From positions 67,270,001-67,334,000 of the forward strand of contig NC_042999.1 of NCBI RefSeq assembly GCF_006345805.1: 64,000 bases of DNA, given 5' to 3'. The position numbers and the translations under genes were made by a program. Origin of the DNA: Octopus sinensis (Eukaryota). A model generated the notes under the pieces. That model saw only the letters and a program-made list of their open reading frames with translations, did not search any database and was not told where the DNA came from. Positions 25,665 to 40,255 of the stretch are shown piece after piece. How positions within the stretch are numbered: position 1 is the stretch's first letter; every line of letters begins with the position of its first letter.

Positions 25665-27169
25665 AAGTTAGTAGCTGTTTCCTCCCATACTAGCAATTTA
25701 TTATTAAATTCAAGAAACATTAGACTCTGAAGAAATTAGTTACAGAAAAAGTCGATAAAATGTCATACAACAAGCAGTCGAATAAGATTTTATGCCGTAA
25801 GGAAAGATAAGTCCAAGTTTCGGACCAAACACTTTCATGGGGAAAATATATTTAGTTTGTGAAGGCATCTTTTGAATGATCTGAAGGCATCTTTTGAATG
25901 ATCTGAATTGACAAACTGGCTTCGTTACATACATTTTTTCAGCAATGTGTCATATTTGCTCGATCCGTGTCGATGTGGTAATTGTGGTGATAATTTAATT
26001 CACCAACAATCTTATTATTTATTTTCTCTACACGTTTTGGCCAAATATGAAAGAGATAGATCACTTGTGTGATGAATTCGTAATGTAAAATAGCTTTGAT
26101 GTAAGAGGGTTATAATTTCATCTTTCTATAGTAGCCGTATCCTTCATTTAAGTTGAGAGAGTTTATTGAAGACAAGGAAAGATTTCTAAAGGGGTAGAAT
26201 TAGTTTTGAGAAAGGTGACATTCGTTTAGAGAAGTATCTTAAGAATTTCAGCAGACGCTGTAGTTGGTTAATATTGGTAGGTGTTGAGTAATCAATGAAG
26301 AAGTTGAAGCTTTTTCGATCAACTTTCAGAGAATTATTTTCCATTTTATGATCTAACACAAGGATATTTATCAGAGAAATTTTCTTTTTTAGTGATTGTT
26401 CAATGTAATGTTAAGTCTCTTTGTAACTGAAATGGATTGAGCCATGTTCCCATCGTGTTACTCTGTGATTTTGGTTTCAAATTTAGCACAACGTCAGTAA
26501 TTTCGAGGGAGAGGTTATGTCGATTACATCGACCCTAGTGATCAACTGGTATTTATTTTATCGATCTCAAAAGGATGAAAGGCAAAGTCGACCTCGGAGG
26601 AATATGAACTCAGAGCCTGAAGACGGACAAAATGCCGCTGAGCATTTTACCCAACGTGCTAACGATTCTGCAAGCTCGCCGTCTTATGCTCCTCTGCAAT
26701 TTTGCCAGCAACAATAATAACGTCGTCGAAATACCCATGAACTCCTGTGTTATAATTACCAGTAATTATACTATCCATCACTTTGTCTAATATGCTTACG
26801 GCATTAGTTAAATGTGGAATAAACATCCGTCAGTTTGAAATTCAGTGTCATAGTGGTGTGGAATCTGTTGGTTGTGATGTCTTATAATTTCTTGCAGGTA
26901 ATAAAACGAGATATTGACTATTAAAAAGTGGATAGAAAGCAGTTGCGACTTATGGTTTGTGAATATTCGATAGCAGGTAGTGAGACGTCGTTGATTCGCA
27001 TTATTTTTTACTCACACCATTCGTATTTGCTGGAAAAAGGCTGAGAGTTCAATAATACCATAACCAAGATAGTTTTCCATAATCAAGATAGTGTTTAGTC
27101 TCTTCCCTCATAGACATTCTATCAAATGAATAAAAGTAACATGTTTTAGTAGTTTGTTTGATGTATGTA

Positions 27170-27388
27170 TATTTCTTTACTATCCACAAGAGGCTAAACA
27201 CAGAGGGGATAAACAAGGACAGACAAAGGGATTAAGTCGATTATATCAACCCCAGTGCGTAACTGCTACTTAATTTATCGACCCCGAAAGGATGAAAGGC
27301 AAAGTCGACCTCAGCGGAATTTGAACTCAGAACGTAACGGCAGACGAAATACGGCTACGCATTTCGCCCGGCGTGCTATCGTTTCTGT
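27170..27388 (-). mobile_element. SINE family A at the right end of the duplication
   Basis: Core plus partial head (acggctacgcatttcgcccggcgtg variant). Confidence 0.9.
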
Positions 27389-27629
27389 ATATAGGTGGGG
27401 AAAATACGAGGAGAAGCTGCCAACGTAGGAACAACTGTAGGGACAATGAAAATTTTAAATGATCCTTCTAGTTTGAATGCAACAGAATCGTGTCATTGAG
27501 AAAATCCTGTTACAGACATATATAGGAAAATAAAAGGAAACATTTAAATGAACCTTCTCACATAAAAATATAAATACAAAATACAGTTTGGAATACAGAA
27601 CTATGAAAAACAAAAACAGACTGTTTAGA

Positions 27630-28430
27630 CTGAGTTGCCAAAGTCAATTCGAAAATATTGCCACGAGATTCTTGCAGACTTGCTCATTTGTGAAACTGGT
27701 GACACGACCCTTAACCATGAATTCATATAGGGATTGTAGCTCTTGCAAGTCCATTTACTTTGTGTGTCCTGGTTTTAGGGATGATTATAGAAACTGATAT
27801 CATGGGTCTTTTTGACCAGCGTGTACATGAAAAATACCCGATCTTTTGCATTAGAACAAGTTTTGTTCATTGCTGGAGTTTTTTCAGTGCTGGACAAATA
27901 GAACAATCGTGGTAGAGGCCAGCATAAGAAAGGTTTCTTCGTGTATTGGCTGATATGTTGATGATCACAACAGTAAGGGAGTTGGACTTGCATCGGAAAG
28001 GAAGGAATCACTGGTAACCATTTGCATTTATTTGTGTAACTTTCAGAAAAGGAGCTTGGGTGATTGCTTATTCCAAAGTGTCTTTGTCGAATATGATCTG
28101 AAGAGATTCTAGAAATAAATAAATCCCTAATACTCTCCTTTTGATATTCATTAGCAGTTGCAGCCTAAATTTTACAATGTCTCGAGAGGCTGCGTAGCAT
28201 TGTGACATAATATCCACCCAGATACAGTGTACAAGCTAAGTAGTGAAGCTTTGTGACCCTGAGATATCTGCTGAAGATATCGTAGAGTTTTCAACACTGC
28301 AATAGCTTTAGTCACCATCTGGAGGCTGAGAAAAGAACTTGCAATGTCTTTAAGTAGCTTCTGGAATTTCTGTATGAAATAAAACATCTCAGGTGGTTAT
28401 TCCACTTCTGGTTGCTGTTTTAAGGACAAC
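27630..28430 (-). mobile_element. Decayed Ty3/Gypsy gag(-protease) relic
   Basis: Frameshifted translation KAIAVLKTL..YVTMLRSLSRHCK..ANEYQKESIRDLFISRISSDHIRQR, degenerate Cys knuckle (PAMNKTCS) and IDFGNS protease-like motif. Confidence 0.6.
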
Positions 28431-29372
28431 AGCTAAAACCTGCAAAAACACAGAAAATGTTTTATGAAAAAACGATGGATGGAAACTTTTACAGCATTGT
28501 AAATATTAAAGGTAGGATTATATATGTAAGCGGAGTGAGTTTCAGTTATTCAACTGAGTTTGGGAAATTCGTAAGACAGTAGTGTTCCAGTGTGTCCTCT
28601 CTGTGCATATATTTGAAGTGCTGTCAAAGTCGTGCGGCTGAAGAAATATTTCCAGTGTTTCTCTTTTTTTTTCCCTTAGTTTTGAAAATTTTTATTCAAA
28701 TACTGATCTCTTCCCATCACTTCTGGATAGTCCCGGCAGCTCCAGAACTTAGAAGATATTAACCCGAGCCAGGACCCACTTAACGATTAGGTTTAGCTCG
28801 ATGTGACGAGCGAAACGACCAGCATTTAGGCGGCAAAATAAACCATGAAAGCCTGTGGAGTCGAAGAGCCTATCGCAGCGACATTTCAGTTTCCCACAGA
28901 CGTCCACTATTATGGCTGTATTTCACTGCATTGCAGCGTAATTTCTGATAGAGCTTGTGATAACAATGGTTTTCGAGCTGGAACAAATTGTTGTGACGAA
29001 AAACTATTACCGAGAATAAAATCGTTTTATTCAATCAAATGTTCCACTTGAGTATTCAAAACACAAATATATGCGTGTCTGCCTTTATTACAAATGGCCA
29101 GTTGTCAGCCTTCAACCAAAATATAATTAAAGGCACCTGGACCGGAAGTAAGAATAACGGTTTCCATAGCACATGTGTTCATTAATATTTGTTACATAGC
29201 ACCTTTCTTTAAGTTCAGCTTATGCAACTTTTCTAGTCGTCATAATTGTATCTGCTTCATGTAGACTTTTCACGAGTTCCGTGTAGTTCTCCGTTGCTGA
29301 AGTTGAAGGAGGGCCACTTCTATTTTTGTCATATTCTGAGTTTTTCTACGGCGTTTCTTTTATTTTCGGGTA

Positions 29373-29809
29373 GGGATCTTTTCGATTTGAACGGCAGTTT
29401 TTTCTAGCGGTGTCATATGAAATTGTCACCCATAATTATGACCCAAGTATCGATCTATTGCATTTCAATCTGTTTTAGGGTTACGGTTAGTTAGGTTTAG
29501 GGTTAGGGGTGGGGGAAGGGTACCTTTTTTTTCTTCAGAAATGTAAATAAACCCAATCTGTTTCTTAAACGAGGAACATATTCATACGGCACAGAATGTT
29601 TTCACCTCAATAGACGTCATTGATTGGTTGAAATTGCAGAAATTGAAGAAAAAAACAACAACAAATATCTTACAAACCATAAAATTTTCTCAATAAAGCC
29701 AAGAGAAAAAGGTGTTTTATAAACACATTTTATCAGTATACGAAGTTTAAAAGTGTTTAGTTATGTGGAAATTGTTTTAAAAAACTGCCGGTCAAACCGA
29801 AAAAATCCT
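29373..29809. mobile_element. MITE with ~30-bp TIRs and internal (GGTTAG)-like tract
   Basis: gggatcttttcgatttgaacggcagtttttt versus aaaaaactgccggtcaaaccgaaaaaatcct. Confidence 0.75.
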
Positions 29810-30126
29810 CGAACTATTGTGGAACTATTGTGGAACTATTGTTTCGTTGCTGTAAACTTACTACAAATTATAAAAGTTTCAGCTAAATTATCCAGCTGAT
29901 CATAAAATTTGACTTGACTGTTTGTTCTTCAATATTTTATGAAATTAATCGATGGAATATTAGTAAAATTGTATAACATTTATGTAACAATTTTTTTCTC
30001 CCTGTACATGGCATTCTACTTGATTTGTTTTTGTATATATTTATTAATATAAATTATTTATAGCTAGCACTTTTTACAGCACAATTTTTCTTACCACCTT
30101 GGTTTATATGTCTCTCTTTCTTCACA

Positions 30127-30168
<42 letters not shown>

Positions 30169-30756
30169 ACCACACACACACACATGTATATACGTATGTA
30201 TGTATGTATGTATGTAGATGTATGTATGTATGTATGTATGTATGTATGCGTGTATGCATGTACGTGAGTATATATGTATGAATGTATTATGTACGTACGT
30301 GTGTATATATGTATGTATGTGCGTGCGTGTATGTATGTATGTATGTATGTATGTATGTATGTATGTATGTATGTATGCATGTATGCGTGTGTGTATCTGT
30401 GTGTGTGTCTTTTTTGTGTGTGTGTTTGTCGCCACCCACATCGCTTGCTAACCAGTGTTTGTCTGTTAACGTTCCCGCAACGTTTTCAAAAGAGAGACCG
30501 GTCGAATAAATACCAAACTTTCAAAACCCCCCCAAAAAAGTATTGGATTCGATTTATTCGAGTAAGCATGGCGGCACTTCAGTGGATGAAACTGACCTGA
30601 AGCCTATCAGATTAATGTTATTAACAATCCCCAAATCCTGTCTTGTCAGTGGTTCTCAAACGGGATCCAAATGACCCTTGGGCATCCATATAAAATTTTG
30701 TTGCTAAAATTTATGTGCAACAAATTGGTTATAATTCGATAATTCTTATCAATTCT

Positions 30757-31494
30757 TATTTCTTCATTGCCCACAAGGGGCTAAACGTAGAGGGGACAAA
30801 CAAGGACAGACAAAGGGATTAAGTCTATTATATCGATCCCAGTGCGTAACTGGTACTTATTTAATCGACCCCGAAAGGATGAAAGGCAAAGTCGACCTCG
30901 GCGGAATTTGAACTCAGAACGTAACGGCAGACGAAATACCTATTTCTTTACTCCCCACAAAGGGCTAAACACAGAGGGGACAAACAAGGACAGACAAAGG
31001 GATTAAGTCTATTATATCGATCCCAGTGCGTAACTGGTACTTATTTAATCGACCCCGAAAGGATGAAAGGCAAAGTCGACCTCGGCGGAATTTGAACTCA
31101 GAACGTAACGGCAGACGAAATACCTATTTCTTTACTCCCCACAAAGGGCTAAACACAGAGGGGACAAACAAGGACAGACAAAGGGATTAAGTCTATTATA
31201 TCGATCCCAGTGCGTAACTGGTACTTATTTAATCGACTCCGAAAGGATGAAAGGCACAGTCGACCTCGGCGGAATTTGAACTCAGAACGTAACGGCAGAC
31301 GAAATACCTATTTCTTTACTCCCCACAAAGGGCTAAACACAGAGGGGACAAACAAGGACAGACAAAGGGATTAAGTCTATTATATCGATCCCAGTGCGTA
31401 ACTGGTACTTATTTAATCGACCCCGAAAGGATGAAAGGCAAAGTCGACCTCGGCGGAATTTGAACTCAGAACGTAGCGGCAGACGAAATACCGC
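30757..31494 (-). mobile_element. SINE family A core tetramer, 184-bp period
   Basis: Units start at 30757, 30941, 31125 and 31309; near-identical, sharing the variant aagtctattatatcgatccc. Confidence 0.95.
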
Positions 31495-32305
31495 CAGGCG
31501 TGGCTGTATGGCGGCGAGCTGGTAGAAACGTTAGCACGCCGGGCGAAATGCGTAACCGTATTTCATCTGCCGTTACGTTGTGAGTTCAAATTCCGCTGAG
31601 GTCGACTTTATCTTTCATCTTTTCGGGGTCGATTAAATAAGTACCATTTACGCACTGAAGTCGATATCATCGACTTAATAGCTATGTCTGTCCTTGTTTA
31701 GCCCCTTGTGGGTAATAAAGAAATAGGTATTTCGTCAGCCGCTACGTTCTGAGTTCAAATTCCGCCGAGGTCGACTTTGCCTTTCATCCTTTCGGGGTCG
31801 ATTAAATAAGTACCAGTTACGTACTGAGGTCGATGTAATCGACTTAATCCCTTTATCTGTCCTTGTTTGTCCCCTCTATGTTTAGCCTCTTGTGGGCAAT
31901 AAAGAAATAAGAAGCTTGCTTTCCAACCACCTGATTCCGGGTTCAGTCTCACTGTGTGGCAACTTGGGCAAGTGTCTTTTTTATTTTAGCTTCGAGCAGA
32001 CCAAAGACTTGTGAGTGGATTTGGTAGATGGAAACTGAAAGAAGCTTATCGTATATGTATATATATTTATGTATGTGTGTGTGTGTGTCACTGTGTGTGT
32101 TTTTGTGTTTGTCCCCAGCATCGCTTGACAACCGGTGTTGGTGTGTTTAGGTCCCCGTAACTTAGCAGTTCGGCAATAGAGTTCGATCGAATAAGTACTA
32201 GACTTAAAAAGAAAAGTACTGCGCACGATTCATTCGGCTAAAAAATTATTCAAGGCGGTGCTTCAGCATGGTAGTAGTCTAATGACAGAAACAAGTAAAA
32301 GATAG
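31495..32305 (+). mobile_element. SINE family B interrupted by the SINE A dimer
   Basis: Family B body and tail at 31908-32305. Confidence 0.8.
31509..31910 (+). mobile_element. SINE family A dimer inserted in the head of a SINE B
   Basis: B head caggcgtggctgtatgg precedes it; B resumes at taagaagcttgct ~31908. Confidence 0.85.
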
Positions 32306-32790
32306 AACTTAATGATATCTAATTATAAAAATATGATAGGAATTTTTTCAACTCAGGGGTCCAGTAGAGTAAAGCAGGAATCGAAGGAGACCGGAGGAAA
32401 AAAATGATTGATAACCCACTCCGATAGAGATAAACTTGTCAGCGGAATTCTCAGCGCCTGATGTGCTAAATCAATGTGTAAGTTGCTCACTAAATCCATT
32501 AACTGAATACTCATCGTCGATATTGGCGGAGGTCCATTGATATTACCTTCTTGTTGAAAAATGACACAACGCATCAAGCTTGGCTGACTTAAGGCACTTC
32601 TTCGACACTTTTCAATTACAAAGGAACCTTATTTTTTTTTCCTTAAAATGAGACCTTGCTTCAGTGAGCATCGTCTTGCACCTGCGTTCCTTCCTACTGA
32701 CACTTTCAATAATATCGTGTGGGGTGGGGTAGCATATGGCTGATCTCGATATACAATGCATTATGATTTCTGCTTTCTGTTTCTTTCCGT

Positions 32791-32837
<47 letters not shown>

Positions 32838-32854
32838 TAATAATAATAATAATG

Positions 32855-32916
<62 letters not shown>

Positions 32917-32917
32917 C
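32791..32917. repeat. (AAT)n microsatellite
   Basis: Direct reading. Confidence 0.98.
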
Positions 32918-33181
32918 ACAGTAACAATAATAGTATCAACAACAAGTATACCAGTAATTACATCAACAATAACATTTCTACTACTACTACTACTACTACT
33001 ACTATTATACGAATATTCCCTCCCACCACACACATGTATATCAATGCATATGACTTTAATTGTTATGATTGTTATTATTGTTGTCAACCAGTTGCTTGCG
33101 TTTAACTACATGCATTGATATATATATATATAAGCACATACATGCATGCATATATCTGCACATACATACATACATACATCT

Positions 33182-33290
<109 letters not shown>

Positions 33291-33429
33291 AAAAAAACTT
33301 GAACAAAACTTGACTAAACAGGATTCGAATAATCCTATCAGGTGGTGCTATTAAGTTAGACATGGCCTGGACCAATCTTGGTCGAAACATATCTAAGTTT
33401 ATCTAAGTTTATATATATTATATATATAG

Positions 33430-33494
<65 letters not shown>

Positions 33495-33516
33495 TATATA
33501 TATATGTATATATATT

Positions 33517-33547
<31 letters not shown>

Positions 33548-34781
33548 GTATATATTATTTCTACTTTCATTCTCTTATTTCCCTCTATATTTCTATCTCC
33601 TCCTTTTCCATAATAATTCCTTATTTCGAACTCAAATATTTACCTCTATTTAATCATCTCACATCGTCTCTGATGAAGGGATGTCCATAATATCCCAGAA
33701 ACAGCTGTAAGGCCATATCTATTTCTTTTTCCTTATAAATGTCCTGAAAACTCCTCACAGCCTTTGCTTCGTTATCTCATTTTGTCTAATATGTATATAT
33801 ATATATAAGCATTCGTGAAGTAAAATCATGTAGCAACACCAAATGGCGGTGCCCCAGCATGGCCACAGTTTGTGAGCTGAAACTAGATAAAAATTAAAAT
33901 ATAAAAAAAAAATTTTTAAATATACATAAATTTGACATGGGCGATTCTTTCTTGTCTTGGGATTCACGGTCAAACAGCTGGGTGGAATTGCGTGAAAAAT
34001 TACACAGATGTGTTGAATCATCCGGTCGTGATGCTGGGCTTTGTATTTTTTTCACAGCTCCTATGGCTACCATGATAAATTACTATAATAATACTCTTGT
34101 GTTTATGAATGGGAAAAGAAGGGATGATAGAGGAATAAGGAAGGAAGGGTTGAGCGTTTCAACTCTGTGTGAATATATGTGTGTGAATGTAAAAGGGGGT
34201 ATGTGAATGTGTGTGTGTGTGTTTGCGTGTGTGTGAGTATGCGCGCGCAATGGAAGTGGGATGGTTCATCTTTGTTCACTTAGTATTTGGGTTTTATTTT
34301 TTGATTTGGTTGAATCTTGGGTTTTTTTTTGTTGGTCAGTTATTTTTAGCGTTTTGACACACACGTACATATGTATGCATGAAAAAATTTGAAAATGCAT
34401 TTGTTTTAAGAAAATCTATTTGCTCTTAGTCAGTTTCATAATTTCATGATTTCCAAATGTAAAGTGTGATGGGGAGACTTGGATCTATGTTTGTCTCAAC
34501 TCTGGCCGGAATTGGCTCCTTTATATGAAGAGATTATAGCTTGAATTACCATCTGTTAAGATTCAGTTTCATTGGTTGATGGCAGTCGTGGGTCTCCGTA
34601 ACGTCCGTTTACTAGGGTTATGTCACTCTATGAATTATGAATGCACCAAAATTTAAGGGTTTGTTACTCCAGTTAAAGTGTCATGTGACCGTTTTACTAT
34701 CGACTAAAACGTTTGAAGACTACCTCCAATCTTTCGCGATACCCTTAATGCCAGGAACTTTCAGCACCTAGTCGTATATAA

Positions 34782-34852
<71 letters not shown>

Positions 34853-34878
34853 TATATATACACATTGTATATATATAT

Positions 34879-34936
<58 letters not shown>

Positions 34937-34989
34937 GGTATCTCATTGTTATGTAGTTATAGGTTATTTAATCATTGTATTTGTGGTTT

Positions 34990-35306
34990 CTTACACAAAG
35001 GCAAAATGAGAAAACATGGAATTTTGGCGATTTGTGTAAAAATATGAATGTTAAAGTAGGGGAATTTGTCTATAATTAAGTTGTCGTATTTATAGGCGGT
35101 GGATAGTCAATCTGCTTTCTGGACCAAGTTTCTTTGGTCTTATGTAATTTTTGATACACCCATTGCATTCAGTGGCACAGCATAAGTTAAATGTTTTGAC
35201 GGACAGATTGTTTTACATAGAAAATATGTTCTGATTTATATTTATAAGATGTGTATGGTATAAGATTGATGCAAGTTCTGCATTTAGGATCACCATTCTT
35301 CGTAAT
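34990..35306 (-). mobile_element. Penelope-like element GIY-YIG endonuclease relic
   Basis: Frameshifted translation GDPKCRTC..F.VK..HLTYA..ECNGCIKNYI..SRLTIHR..IRQLNYRQIPL. Confidence 0.7.
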
Positions 35307-36396
35307 TATTGTTAGTGTTGTGTTTTATTAGGCGATTTCACATGGAAATTAATTTTTAGAGGGATTTACTTTGATTTTGTTTTAAGACAAAGAAACACAG
35401 ACATAGAGACACACAGACAGAGACCAGATATTAAAACACAAATTTAGGGCAGAAAACAATATTGCCCACACTGGTGTGTCAAAGTGTTTCCCTTTATGTC
35501 AAAGTGTACTTTGGTGAGTTGACAACATAGACACAAAAGAGGAAATTGAAATATTGGGTTTGATACGATCGACTAAGACATTTGAAGACTAACTCCAATA
35601 GCTGAAATCAGTCGGAAAAATATGTAAGATACTTTACCATCCCTACTTTACTTAAAACACAGCTGTCAAGATCGCTATACTGGAAAGAAAATATGAAATT
35701 TAATCGTCTATCACAGTATTAGCAATATAAATGCTCATACAGGCTACGGCCAAAAATACCCTCACACATTTTACTGGCTGGTAAAGTTTCAGCAGGAAAC
35801 ATACAGTGTGCTCCGGTTCAAACCATAAAGGCAACTAAGAACGCTATAAAACCTTGAGTTACATGAAAGCACCTCTTATTTCTGTCTAACTTTACTAGTA
35901 CCACACTATTGGTCGTCTAAAATATAGGATGTTATGCACATACACACCACACACACACAATGTTGGTAGGTAGGGTAAAATCCCAGCTGTTTCCTTTTGC
36001 TTATTCCATCATTACAATCCAATATGTAGTTGCGGCCGTTGTAAAAATGCAAAATACCGAATTTCAAAATTCTGGAAATATTGTTTGCAGAGTTATTGCA
36101 TAACAAAGCAGGAAGTTGGAAAATTGTTTTAGTATTATTCTATTCACCATTACACATGTTTCATTTGCCAATAGGAAATACTGAGTTTTACATGTTTTAC
36201 CCGTTGTTATTTACTTGATATTATCTGATTTGCTTTTTCCATTTCAAGAACTTTTAATAAGAAATTCCTTACATGTCTATCAAACATGTAAAATTATGTA
36301 ATTGCTATTAGCAAATGAAATATGTCTAATGGTGAATAAATAATGCCAATAAATTTTCCAACTTCCCATTTTGTGATATATGTATATATATGTGCA

Positions 36397-36522
<126 letters not shown>

Positions 36523-37781
36523 CAGGGGTTGGACCAAATAATGGATACGCCTTAAAATTTCAAACAAATTTATGTTAATATGGGGTAGGACGCCTTTGGC
36601 AGTAATTACAGCTTCAGTTCTACTAGGTATGGACTCGTACAAAGTTTGAATTGTTTCCAAAGGAATTTGTGTTCATTCTTCAGCTAAAACAGTTTCCAGT
36701 TCTTGTAGTGATGATGGTGGAGGATATCGACTCCTTACTTGTTTTTCTTAAATGTTCAACAATATTGAGATTTGGGGACTGTGGTGGCCAGATAAAATGT
36801 CCAACTTCCCTAGAATGTTCCTCGTGCCATTCAGTAACAACTTTAGCTGTGTGAATTGCTGCATTATCACCCTGAAAGATTGCGTTTTCCCCCGGAAACA
36901 GTTCCGCAAGCATAAGATGAATTTGATCAGATAAAAAACTTAAATAGTCTTGACTATCAATTTGGCCATGAAGGGAAACCATTGGGCCGGCGGCATTCCA
37001 AGATATAGCACCCCACCCCAGATCATCACAGATACTCCTCCATATTTAACAGTTGGAAGAAGGCAGTCTGAGTCATATGCTTCTTTTGGCTGTCTCCACA
37101 CAAATACTCGGCCAGTGGTCGGAAATAAGGTAAATGATGACTCGTCCGAGAAAATAACATTCTTCCACTGCCTTAGGGACCAATTCTGTAGGTTTTTACT
37201 CAACTCTAAATGATTTTCAACGTTTGTTTTTGAAAGTAGTGGTTTTCCGATTGCAGCCCTCCCGTGAAATCCGGATTTGTGCAGCTCCCAGCGAACAGTT
37301 TTTGTGGAAACTGGGTTTTCGAGGTAGTCATTAAGCTCTGCAGTAATTTTGAGAAATGTACTTTTGTGATCCTTTCTAACAATTCACGCAAGAGTCCGAC
37401 GGTCCCTATTTGAAAGTTTTGTTTTTCTTCCGGAGTTTCCTCGACGAGGAGGTTTTCCTTCTTTTTCAAAGGCCGTCATTATTTTCGAGACAGTACTTCT
37501 TGATACACAAAACATTTCGGCTGTTGTTAAGCTAGGGCCTGCCATACCAGCACCAACAATTTGACATCTTTGAAAGTCCGATAGATCTGTCATTTTAATG
37601 AATTTTAATTACCTTTTTCTGATGATATCTGAAAAGAAACAGCAATTTTAGCAAAATATATTGAGCAACACTAATAATAAATCAAAAAAACAAAAATAAA
37701 CAAGCGTTTGACGGTTTTATAGATACTTCAAATTTAGGATGCTATGATGCTAGGAGTTTCCAATATTTTATTCAACCCCTG
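36523..37781 (-). mobile_element. Full-length, defective Tc1 (DD34E) transposon
   Basis: TA-flanked imperfect TIRs caggggttggaccaaataatgg / caggggttgaataaaatattgg; ORF pieces from ATG 37593: HTH, WKNVIFSDES, TVKYGG.SVMIWG, FQGDNA, WPPQSPNLNIVE; frameshifted. Confidence 0.95.
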
Positions 37782-37783
37782 TA

Positions 37784-37886
<103 letters not shown>

Positions 37887-38350
37887 GATGCAAAGTGTCA
37901 CGCAGTTAAAAAGCAACACGGAAGATTACAAGACTATGCATAAGGTGTTGGTTTAATGTTTGAACAGAAGGAAAAGAAGTGTCTTTCACATTTCCGATGT
38001 TAGTCCTTCTGCTCAGAGAAAAAAAAAAAACCAAGAGGAAACAGGGAGCGGGGAAAAAGATGGAAAATTGGAGAAAGGAGAATATCGCTGATGGTATTTA
38101 ACACAACCGTTAGATTTAAATAACATGTCCACAAATCTATCGGGGAATTTTTTTTAAGCTGATCCATTTTTCATGCAAGTTGATGAAGGATTGTCAACGC
38201 TACAGTGTCCGTGTATCATAAATCCTCATTATCACTTCATACAGTTTTCTATTTTCGTTTTCATCCAAAATTTCTGTTGAGACTAACCAGGCAATATCAA
38301 CTTGATTTATTATTTCATCCACGCCTTGAGGAATAATTAGGAAAAGGTTG

Positions 38351-38706
38351 TGAGTTCAAATTCCGCCGAGGTCGACTTTGCCTTTCATCCTTTCGGGGTC
38401 GATAAATTAAGTACCAGTTATGCACTGGGGTCGATGTAATCGACTTAATCCCTTTGTCTGTCCTTGTTTATCCCCTCTATGTTTAGCCCCTTGTGGTCAA
38501 TAAAGAAATAAGAATCGTTAATACGCCGGACAAAATACTTAGCGGTGTTTCAAGGTTTTTTACTTTCCGAATTCAGATGCTGCCGAGGCCGACTTTATCA
38601 TCTTTTCGGAGTCGATGAAATAAGTACCAGTTGAGCACTGGAGTTGATGTAATCGACTAGTCCCACTGTCCCACAAAATTTCAGGCCTTGTGCCTACAGC
38701 AGAAAG
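38351..38706 (+). mobile_element. SINE family A core followed by a related family C SINE
   Basis: A core at 38351-38510; then gccgaggccgacttt...aaaatttcaggccttgtgcc. Confidence 0.8.
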
Positions 38707-40029
38707 TATTATTAACTAAATTCATGAGAACTAATGGGTGATGTTTGGAATTTATATCAAAGCTCGGCAATTTTTTCTTTATGCTAATCTGCGCATGCTG
38801 GAGGTCTATAACATCTAACGAACAAGTTATAAAATTCATGGCATTCCCTCTCTCCACCAAGAGAACTTTTTTTTAGTGTGGATGATATTTGGAGAGATAT
38901 CAAACAAAATACAAGATGAGTTCATCACAAATTGCGAGAGGAAAACATGAAGCTGATGATCCAGCGGGGAGTGGGTCTTTATGCAGTCATTCGATTTGCT
39001 AGAGATATCAACCAAATCTCCATTAAATATTACTTTACCGTTTTAAACGAAAGACAAGTTGGCTAATGTAATATTAGGTATTTCTGAATGTACGATAGAA
39101 TAATCATGGCTGGGAAACCTTTGATCGTAAGACTAGCATGTGTTTAATGAACACCAGTAGCGCCGAGGTATTAGAACTGTGGTAGAAGGAAGAAAGTCAT
39201 ATTATTTTACATACAAGAGTAAGGGCTGTGAGATGGATTTCTGCCCTACACAGAAACAAAAGGAGAAATAACTGAAACGCGCCAACCCAACATTGATTGC
39301 CAACGCCTTTACTACAATAGGAACAACGAAATAAAAAGCAGCAAGCGGAGCAGTCACTATTGCCGCTGTTAAGTAAGGCGGTAAAAGTGCAACCACCCCA
39401 ACAGCAAAAACAACAACAACTGGAGAAGCAACAGCAGTTGCTGACGTTTAACAATATTCAAGTAGAAGAAACATACAAAGGAACCACCCAGACGTAACAG
39501 ACATTCAAAGCTTTACTACATCTCAAAGTGTGCGTGGGGAGAACCCTTGTGTATCTTGCTAACTTGATTCTCAGCTCAGCAATGTCGAGGCAAAGGACAA
39601 TTAGAATGAGAAGATGATGTAAGAAAATAAAAGGAAGGGAAGCTCAGTGCTCGGAAGTTAAGTAAATCTGAGAAGGCAAAACAACAGCAGTTGACCGAAT
39701 CAGCAATTGGGAGCACAATTGCCCGAAAGGAAAATGAGAAACCAAGGAAAGAAGGCTCGCTGGATGGAATGACGAAAACATTGCTGGTATGGAAGGAAGG
39801 AAATCAAAAGGTTTACTATAAAACTAAGGATGGCATACTGCTGATCTTTGAATGTGATACCCAATTTGGCATACTAAGGCGAATAATTGAGACTTACTTA
39901 TCAGTTAGAAATGGCATGATAGCACTTTCAAGAGGCTCAAATCCTTCCTGTGGAAATTTTCCTCATTATTTTCGGTGAGAGACGGGAACGAGTGGCTGTA
40001 ATGGACAGAAGGTTAGTCCACGTTACTCC

Positions 40030-40255
40030 GCAAGGAGCATAAGGCCAGCTTCCCGGTTACTCTGGGGTGTGTATTCCTTGACCGAGACGTCGGTCCGTCG
40101 CAAAATTACTCATTTTTACTGGCTGAGTGGACTGGAGCAACGCGAAATGAAGTGTTTTGCTCAAAAACACAAGGCGTCTCCTGGTCCAAGAATCGAAATC
40201 ACAATCTTACGATCATGAATCCAACACCCTAACCACTACGCCATGCATCTCCATT
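40030..40255 (-). mobile_element. tRNA-derived SINE family D
   Basis: Head tggcgtagtggttagggtgttgg..ttcgattc; core shared with 6390-6640. Confidence 0.75.

Noticed and set aside
29474-29510. Interstitial telomere (TTAGGG-like)
   Set aside because: Only a few degenerate units, inside a TIR-bounded MITE.
36523-37781. Active Tc1 transposase
   Set aside because: The ORF is split by frameshifts, motifs are altered (QGDN, SPNLN) and the TIRs have diverged.
39197-39978. ORFs at 39197-39454, 39202-39396 and 39691-39978 as genes
   Set aside because: No recognisable motif or convincing splice context; nearby frames are broken.
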